The notes below the pieces were generated by a model. The model was given only the letters and a program-made list of their open reading frames with translations. It was not told where the DNA came from and searched no databases. From positions 119,412,001-119,476,000 of the forward strand of contig OZ024742.1 in the NCBI GenBank assembly GCA_964016885.1: 64,000 bases of DNA, in the 5' to 3' direction. The stretch is from Eledone cirrhosa (lineage: Eukaryota). Position 1 is the stretch's first letter, and each line of letters begins with the position of its first letter. Positions 55,095 to 64,000 of this stretch are shown piece by piece. The position numbers were made by a program, and so were the translations under genes.

Positions 55095-56039
55095 GTAAGT
55101 ATCTAATGTCATAGATATTTTGACTATAGTTAGATAACTTGAACAATATTGGAAATGTTAACTCAACAATTATTTTTAGCAACTTAAGTACAGCCCACAC
55201 TGGAATGTGGAAGTGCTGGTGTCAGAATAAAATGCACCCAGTCCACTCTGTAAAGTGGTAGTGCTGGTGACATGATAACATGCATCCAAACCACACTGTA
55301 AAGTGGTAGTACTGGTGCTATGAAAAATGCACCAATGCACTCTGTCAGGTGGTAATGGTAGTGCCATGAGAAAACAAATCAGGTACATGGTGTAAAGTGG
55401 TTGGCATTAGGAAGGACATCTAGTTGTAGAAACCATGCTAAAATGGAACAATATAAACAAGATGCTGTCATCAAATGTATCTATTCAGCCTCAGATCATG
55501 ACAACGTGTCAAACCCATACAAGCGTTGAAAATAGACATAAAACAGTGATGACAATGATATACAATTTTCAGATAAGTTTTATGAAAATATTCTTTTGAA
55601 CTCAATGAAACAAGTCATTTATAACTATAGTCACCAGTAACACTGAAATTACCTGCCTAATGGCATGTTGTGTCTCTGTAGTCTTTTATTTCTAGTCTCG
55701 CAAGATTCACTTATGCCTCTACCTATCCAATTAAATAAACTACCAATAATAGTACCAGATTCTATTAAATTTAATCTCTTGCCAAATAAGAAACCAATAT
55801 TTTTCACAATGTTTTTTTCATTAGAAATCATACAAAAAGAAATACTGAGATGTACAGCAAAATGTGAAATTAATTTGTTGTTGTTTTTCTAAAAAAATGA
55901 ATCTTTCAACTAGCATTTTGCTCTTACCTTTTAGAAAATGTGTTATGGATGAACATGTCTTATGTTATCTATTTATTTAATCAATTTAAACGTCCGTATA
56001 GAGCTAGTAAGCCACGATAGACTAGGGAAAGTATCTAGT

Positions 56040-56380
56040 ACTTCTAACACACGTGGGCATGCCTACAAAGTCAGAAAACAGCACAGCTCCCATGACTTTC
56101 GGAAACATTTTTTCATGCTTAGAGTTGCTGAAGCATGGAACAAACTGCCTGCGTCAGTTGTTAGCTGCTGAGTCACTGCATCCTTTAAAACCCTCATGCT
56201 TCCCGAAATTCGCCAAAACTACACCTGATGTCCCCCTTCCATACACATGCACACGTGTGTATCATGACTCATGCACAGTTCATTTTCCTGACGTTTGTAC
56301 ATTACACTATGTACTATACATACACTTTTGATGAGTTGTAGTGCACCTGAGACTGTACACAATATTTTCATTATTATTAC
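56040..56380 (+). mobile_element. CR1-like 3' end
   Basis: TRGHAYKV..FRKHFF..WNKLP; same family. Another plus-strand 3' end at ~41590-41845. Confidence 0.85.
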
Positions 56381-56604
56381 AGTTGAAAAACAAACAGGGT
56401 AGACAGATAGATGTATATATATATAAAAAGAAAAATCCTGTAGCTTTTAATAAAAAAAAAACATATTTAGCATTTAAACTGGCCATATCTGGTCAGAATT
56501 CTCTCACCTCTTTCTGTTCAAACTGGCTGCTCATACTTATGTTTAGGTATTGTTCTCAAAATAAATAACATCAATATCTCATAGATACTATGTGAGATAA
56601 TTAT

Positions 56605-57640
56605 AATAATAATAATGAATAATAATTATAATAATAATGAAATTATTGTGTACAGGTGCACTACAACTCATCAAAGGTGCATGTTTAGTACATAGAATAG
56701 TGTACAAATGTCAGGAAAATGAACAGTGTACGAGTCATGATATAATAACAATAACAATAATGAAATATTGTGTACAGTGCCCAGGTGCACCACAACTCAT
56801 CAAAAAAGTGCATGTACAGTACATAGGGCAATGCACAAACATCAGTAAAATGAACAGTGCACGAGTCATGATACACAAATGTGTGCATGTGCATGGAAAG
56901 GGTACATCAGGTGTAGTTTTGGCGTATTTCGGGAAGCATGAGTGTCTTAAAGGATGCAGTGTCTCGGCAGCTAACAATTGACGCAGGCAGTTTGTTCCAT
57001 GCTTCAGCAACTCTGAACGTGAAAAAATGTCTACGAAAGTCATGGGAGCTGTGCTGTTTTCTGATCTTGTAGGCATGTCCACGTGTGTTAGACACATGGA
57101 GATCAAAGAGGCGCTCAGGGTTGCAATTGGCGAGATGGTTAAAAACTTTGTGGGTATTCACCAAGTCCATTGCCAGACGTCGGAGCTTCAATGAATCCAT
57201 GCCCAGGGAAGCAAGGCGTTCAGAGTATGGTAGGTGTCTGATGGAGGGTATGTGCTTGGCTGCACGTCTCTGAACAGTTTCCAGGAGGTCAATGTTCTGA
57301 GCAAGATAGGGGTTCCAGACTGATGATGCGAATTCCAAGTGTGGTCGTACCATAGCTGTATACAGTTTTAAATAGATGGCTGGAGAGCGGCTAACAAAGG
57401 TCTTGCTGAGTGATGCCAAGACACCCTCGGCCTTCTTGACAATCTTAGAGACATGCTTTGTCCAACGCAAATCGTTGCTGACAGTAATGCCCAGGTCACG
57501 TTCACAAGAGGACTTTTTGATATCAGTGTTGTGGAGGGAGTATGTGGACGCTGGATTTTTCCTTCCAAAATGCATGGTGGTACACTTGTCCACAGCCAGC
57601 TTCAGTTGCCAGTCTGTGATCCATTGCTGTGATCCATTAT
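56605..57640 (-). mobile_element. CR1-like LINE 3' part nested in a MITE
   Basis: ORF 56907-57710: VRPHLEFASSVWNP, TRGH, WNKLP. Confidence 0.9.
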
Positions 57641-59596
57641 GTAAGATAAAGCCTTTGATCCATTGCTGTGATCCATTATGTAAGATAAAGCCTTTACTGT
57701 TAAAATACAATAGTAAATATAGAGTAATGTAAATGCTAAAGGGTTAAGGAAATTCATTCTGAACAAGGCAGAGATCAATCTTTGGTTCATCATCTTATTG
57801 TGTCTTATTTCTGATCTCTCTGCTTCTACTTTAACAAACATACTCATTTTTGTAATGTAATGCTCAGAGATTTAAGTTGTTTTGTACTTCATCTACATGA
57901 TATTAAACAGGCAAAGTATTATCAAGTATGTAGTAAAATAAAAACAATACTAGCTAACCACTTATATTGTTTCTAGAGACAAATATAAAAGACAACTTTG
58001 ACTCCTTATTGCCTCCATTTAAGGGCTCAGGATGTTTGAATTACTAATTAAGATTTTACCTGAATAACTCATGCAGATAACACCCCCAGAGAGACTTCAC
58101 ATTCACTAACAAGCAAATATATGATTTATTAAGAATTTGTAATTTATTATATTTAAGAATGTAAGTGTTAAAAATTGACTAATCTTTGCTGAAGAGCCCT
58201 CAGATATAGTTGTCTTCTGTACTTACAAATGAAAAATAAAAATATTGTATTTTCTTTTATACATATCTGAATATACTTTCATTGTTTAATGTTCTAATAA
58301 TTAAATATATTTGCACCTATATAACTGTTTTCTCTTTCAAACTTACCAATGGCATTTTATCTTCATTTGATACATCCTCAACTTTACTCCTCACCACTTA
58401 TATATATTGTGATATGATATTTTTCCTAAATTGTCACTTCCTTCTAGAACTTTTCTCTCATTTGTTCACATGGTGTACTAGGTAATGTTTAGGAATTTAG
58501 GGACATCAATGTTTAGGAATTTAGAAACTTATGAAAACTTATTTGTTTTGATTTCCAGTTGAAATAACTTAAGCTACTTCTTCAATTTTATCATGATTAA
58601 AGGTTTCTTGTTTAAGTAAGAAAACACTAGTGTTTATTTTTTCAACAAAATATAGATTGAATTAATTACATCATGGTAGAGTCATTTTAGTCATTCAAAA
58701 CACACAGGAAAACTGTTAAATCTCCTTTATATTTATAATTTATTTAGTGGTATCAACATTTTCTATACACTCTTTGCAACCTCAACACTTGCATAATTTA
58801 ATTGCAGCTATTTTGATGGAATTATATAAATAACCCAAGTCACAAAGTGTATGCTGACAATTTTGAGACCATGACATAAATGATATTTAAAGTAGATTTA
58901 ATAGTTTGTATGTGTTTTGAATGGTCCACGTTGAAATAGCTTCAATTCGAACAATTGGTCTTAATTACAACTCTGAAACGAATTATTTCATTATTTACCT
59001 TCCTCCGATTATTTCCCTTGTGTTATCTTCCAGAGCATTTAACGGCGTTTCTATTTACTAATATAAATTTTGGTTTTTATTCTCGTTCCATTATTTTTTT
59101 CATAGAAATTATTACTGCCTCCATTGCTCTTCTCCCTGTTACTTCTTTACTCCAAGCAGACTTGCTTTCCCCCCATCATAATGTAACATTCCTCACTAAC
59201 TCTCCTTGGTCCTTCTCTCGTAGCTCTCTGTACTATTTACTCTCTTCGTCTTGATACCAGGTATAAACAGAGACAATATAGCGTAGTGAGTACTCTTTTG
59301 TCTTGCAAGATTTAAGGCAAATTCATAATAAAATGCACCTAAATACACTTTGTAAAGTGGTTGGTGTGAGTAAGGGCATCCAGTTATAGAAAGCAGGCCA
59401 TTAATAATGTGTATGAGCAAGATGTAGTTCTGACTCATTTAGGCTCAGACATTGACAACCTGTCCAACCCATGTTAGCAGAGTAAGTAGATGTAACATAT
59501 TGATAGGGAACAACAGATATTATTTCCTTTTGTTTCAGTATTGAATTGTTTCAAATAATTTTTTTTATTCACCATATGAACTTTTCTTTCTTCCAG

Positions 59597-59642
59597 TCTT
59601 TTTTCAGTGTTATGGGTTATTATTTTGGCTGGACTTTTACAG
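59597..59642 (+). CDS. TMBIM4: TMBIM4 coding exon 6
   Basis: ttcttccag| (G)LFSVLWVIILAGLLQ |gtacat; 46 nt, phases 2 to 0. Confidence 0.9.
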
Positions 59643-62599
59643 GTACATATCTTTTTTTATTTTTAATCTTAGAATTAATTATATACTGTTCCATTTTATT
59701 GCATCATCTTTTCTTTAATATATACTGAATGACTGATTATACATTATAAACCAATTCATTAAATTATACTTATTAATGATTATTTTTAAAATTTTAGTTA
59801 TGAAGTTTATATTTTCTCTTATTCCTTTATCAATTTCAGTCATTGCATAGTGGCCATGCTGGGGCACTGCCTTTAGTGGATTTTAGCTGATTGTGGCCCA
59901 AATGTTTTTTTGTTTTTTTTACTCTCGTACTTATTTTACCAATTGGCTAAGTTAACATTTGATACAGATGTGAATAATATACATACACACACTACAGACA
60001 CTACACACTCCACACTCACACAACAGGCTTCTGCATGGTTTCTGTCTACTAAATTCGACTGTGGCAGTATTAGTCAATCTGACACTTTAGTGGAAGACAC
60101 TTGTCCAATGGGCCACACAGTGTGATCTAACCAGATAGCCATACTTGTGTTTAGGATCATCCCAGTTATGAAAGGGAACTCCATTGTCGGTCTCACCTTG
60201 AATTTGTTAGGAGTTAGTAATTGTTGGGGGATGAAGTATTTTCTGGGCTTAGCCAGGTTTTTTTTATGCAGTTTGTGTGATTGCCATGAGAGGTCCTTAG
60301 TGCTGGCAAAGATTAGTATCTGTAGTGAGTATAATGCTATTCATGTTTGGTGGGTGGGGAGTATGATGTTTTTTAGATGCAACTGAAAGGTTGTAGTGCT
60401 GGTGCCACAACAAAAAGCACCCAGTCCATCTTGTAAGGTGGTAGTCATGATAAAATGCACCCAGTACCTGCTGTAAAGTGGTTGGCACTAGGAAGGGTAT
60501 CCAGCTATAAAAACCAAGTCAAAAACAGATGTATAAACAAGACGTAGTCACCAGACCAGTCTAACCTCAGTACGTGGCAAGCACAGAAATTTGATGTTAG
60601 ACAGTGATTATGATGATGTTGATTGTGTATTTAGAGTTCTGAAGACCCCTTTGTGAAGGATGTTTTCAAGGTCTCCATGTTTAGCATGAAGTATCTAAGT
60701 GGAGGATACTTTGGTGTAAAAGGTTAGGGAAGAATGAATGGTGATATTATCTGTGTATTAAGTGTAAATTGTTGGTAGTTTGTTTAAGTGGCTTTAAACC
60801 AAGCAGCATAATGCACCTCTAATTCCCCCTCCCCAGGGCGACATATGCAACAGAACTGCATTTGACAATGCTGTACTAGGCTTATAATAACATTAGATCA
60901 AACATGTCTTGCCAGCATGGAAAAAGAGGTGATGATGATATATACTTCAGCTACTAGTATATGAATCAGTTGTTTCAATTACATAGCTACATGTGCAGGC
61001 ATGGATGTGTGATTAAGAAGTTCACTCTACAATCATGTAGTGGCATGTGAGTGGAGCTTTTCATGTGTGTGTGTATATATATATATGTATCTCATCATGA
61101 TCATCGTTTAACGTCCATCTTCCACAGGGGCATCCAACTGTAGAAAACCTGCCAGACAGTCCTATGCGAGCAAGACAATCACTCTTGCCTCAAGTGGGAC
61201 TACCCCCGTCCAAACCCATGCAAGCGTGGAACACGGACGTTAAACGTTGATGATGATGATGATGATATAAATATTAATAGATAATATAATTTTTCAGATT
61301 CAATACAAATTCTTTAAAATAAATTTAGAAACAGAAGTAATTTAAACATTCGTTTTCCTAAAAGCTATCAGCTATTTCAAAAATAAGGATTTGTATTTCA
61401 TTTAAACTTTCCCTCTCTATATTTTACTAAACTAAAATCTTGGGTATTAATATTATTTTAGAATGTGAAAAAGAAAAGCAAATTCTTAAACCTCTATGTT
61501 ATCTCCCTTCATTTGTTTCTTACAAACACTCTACATTATTGCAGTTCCTCAGTATCTGTACTTTATAAAGTTTCTCCTGGAGAAACTATGCAAAATAACC
61601 CTTCAGAAAGCTTTCTAAGTTTGTAACATGCTTGAAATAAAGTTTAGATTGCCATTAGAAAGGTTATCTGGCTGTAAGAAAACTGTCTAAAAAATCTTGG
61701 GTATGTAACATGCTTGAAATAAAGTTTGGGTTGCCATCAGGAAGGACATCTAGCTGTAAGAAAACTGCCTCAAAAAATATTTGGCAACCCATGCTGGCAT
61801 GGAAAAGCAGACGTAAAAATTATGATGATAACGAAATTATACATAGATATTTGCACACACATTCACACATATATATTACATGGCCTAGTGGTTAGGGTTT
61901 TGGGCTCATGATCATAAAGTCAAGGGCTTAATTTCCAGACTTGATGTAGCATGATGCCCGTGAACAGGTCACTTCATTTTATTTTGCTCCAGTTCACTCA
62001 ACTGACAATGAGCACCAGCAGTTATGGGTTAGCCCTGCAATGGACTTATATCCTGTCATGTACTTTCAGTCTCTTAACATCCATGAAACCACAATAAACT
62101 CTGAGCGTCATACAAGCCACCATGGAAAAATGGACATAAAAATGATAACTCAACTAATTCGATTATTTGGATATATATATATACATGGAATCTTATAGAC
62201 TGCAGTCTTCAAACAATAGTATGATCATTCACATAAGCATATTGTTCCTATCATTTTGTGTGGGGCAAATGTTCATAATTTTCTGACAAAAAGGACTAAA
62301 TTTTCCAACAATTTTGGGTGAGTGCAGTTGCACTACCCTCCATTAGCAATACGCCACTGATCATATATATAAATATATGAAATATTTTCAAAATTACTGC
62401 AAATGTCACAAACTTCAGTAAAATATTTATAATTACTGTTACAACTCAATTATTATTATTATGTATGAGACTGTCTTAGGTTGTTGTTGTTCACCTGATT
62501 GAGATCAGTGATGGTCGACAAACATGGGCCCTGTAACTTAATTGATTAAGCAGTGGTTATAAACCAGTCATTAAAAAAAAATGTGTTTAAGTCTATAAC

Positions 62600-62950
62600 A
62601 TCATCATCATCATCATTTTACGTCCGCTTTTCCCTGCTTGCAAGGGTTGGATGGGTCCTATTCAGCACGACATCTCTCCACTTGTCAAGGTCCTTCATCA
62701 TCTCCTCGGTGAGTTTCAGCGATCTGAGATCTGCTCTCACCACCTCCACCCATGTTTTTTGTGGTCTTCCTCTACTGTGTCTTCCTTCTACTGGGATTTC
62801 TTGGCACGTCTTTACCCAGCGGTTATCCTCCATGTGCATCACATATCCATACCATCTCGGCCTTCTCTCCTGCACACCACAACTTATCCCTCTTATACCC
62901 AGTTTCTTTCTCAATTCGTCTATGCTTGGTCGTTCATGGACATTGACATA
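62600..62950 (-). mobile_element. RTE 3' fragment just upstream of TMBIM4 exon 7
   Basis: ERRPRWYGYVMHM..RGRPQKTW; (GAT)n tail. Confidence 0.85.
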
Positions 62951-62998
62951 TATATTTATTAACAAAAATAAAAATTTATAATATTTTCTTTATTTTAG

Positions 62999-63202
62999 AT
63001 TTTCTTCCAGAGTGAAATGCTTGACAAACTGTTGGCTGTTGGAGGTGCAATTGTTTTCTCACTGTTTATTGTCTTTGATACTCACATGATGATGCATAAG
63101 TTGTCAGCTGAAGAATACATTGTAGCTTCTATCAATCTCTATTTGGATATCATCAATCTATTTCTCTACATTTTACGTATACTCAATGATACTCGGAAGT
63201 AA
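62999..63202 (+). CDS. TMBIM4: TMBIM4 coding exon 7 (terminal)
   Basis: tattttag| IFFQSEMLDKLLAVGGAIVFSLFIVFDTHMMMHKLSAEEYIVASINLYLDIINLFLYILRIL...K*; conserved FDT and YLDIINLF aspartates. The seven exons sum to 738 nt = 245 aa + stop. Confidence 0.96.
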   Translation: MFFQSEMLDKLLAVGGAIVFSLFIVFDTHMMMHKLSAEEYIVASINLYLDIINLFLYILRILNDTRK

Positions 63203-63250
63203 ATGTTGACTTCCATTCTCCACAACTACGATGGAAGAGTTAATCAATGA

Positions 63251-63256
63251 AATAAA
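63251..63256 (+). promoter_or_regulatory. Candidate polyadenylation signal of TMBIM4
   Basis: AATAAA 49 nt after the stop codon; a second at 63343-63348. Confidence 0.45.
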
Positions 63257-63739
63257 TTATCTAATAACCAGTGAAATAATAATTTAACCAAACAATATTT
63301 CCAAGGGGATTTTTCACTTCAAATAATCTGTATTATATAACAAATAAATGTAATTATTTCAAAATTTAATTGCTTGCAAGTTTTATTTATGATGTTTATT
63401 ACTGTTAATAGGCTGTTGTCTCAATTTCAATTGTGTTGGTGGCTTGATAAAATGAACCCTTGAACCTTGTCGATGACTCAATATCTTCTTTAGTACTGGT
63501 GCCTCTATAAAATGTACTCCACCCAGTACATTCTGTAAAATGGCTGGTGTTACGAAAATCATCCAGCTGTAGAAGCCATGCCAAGGATGAAATATGAGCA
63601 AGACGTGGCCCACTGAGCTATCTAGGAGGAGAGTAACTCTGAATATGAACCAACTTGGACTGTGATGACCTGTCTAATCCATAACAGATAGATATAAAAT
63701 GATAATGAGGTATTCTTTGTATTGTTAGGATGATATATA

Positions 63740-64000
63740 TATAATAATAATGAAAATATTGTGTACAGTGCTCAGGTGCACTACAACTCATCAAAAGTGT
63801 ATGTATAGTACATAGGATAATGTACAAACGTCAGGAAAATGAACAGAGCATGAGTCATCATATACACACATGTGCATGTGTATGGAAGGGGGACATCAGG
63901 TGTAGTTTTGGCGAATTTCGGGAAGCATGAGGGTTTTAAAGGATGCAGTGTCTTGGCAGCTCACAACTCACGCAGGCAGTTTGTTCCATGCTTCAGCAAC
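63740..64000 (-). mobile_element. CR1-like 3' end (runs off the window)
   Basis: Near-identical to 52425-52665. Confidence 0.88.

Noticed and set aside
52970-57330. CTGATGA matches inside CR1 copies (~52974, ~53663, ~57320)
   Set aside because: No stem II/GAAA follows; they are antisense LINE coding sequence or adjacent simple repeat.

Overview
AT-rich animal genomic DNA. The repeat content (huge (TA)n tracts, a tRNA-derived SINE, RTE/CR1/Dong LINEs) suggests an octopus or other coleoid cephalopod, but this is inference. The window has two parts. (1) About 1-39 kb is intergenic: (TA)n microsatellites carrying many fold-back insertions, two large Penelope-like (RT + GIY-YIG) retroelements and other TE relics. 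(2) 40.9-63.3 kb holds one intact 7-coding-exon gene on the + strand, TMBIM4/Lifeguard-4/GAAP (245 aa), whose introns are full of LINE fragments. The main hidden signal is RNA-level. By hand I can fold about 17 type I hammerhead ribozyme motifs (stem I - CUGANGA - stem II - GAAA - short, mostly palindromic stem III - UH) from at least 10 sequence-distinct families. Most sit in short hairpin-shaped inserts in or beside (TA)n, and two families link to the ends of the Penelope-like elements. They show recurrent non-canonical features: a C.C mismatch at stem II position 4, U.U closing stem II, and CUUGAGAA or CAGAUGA cores. One tandem pair could release a 634-nt retrozyme-like RNA. All folds are manual, and catalytic activity is untested.
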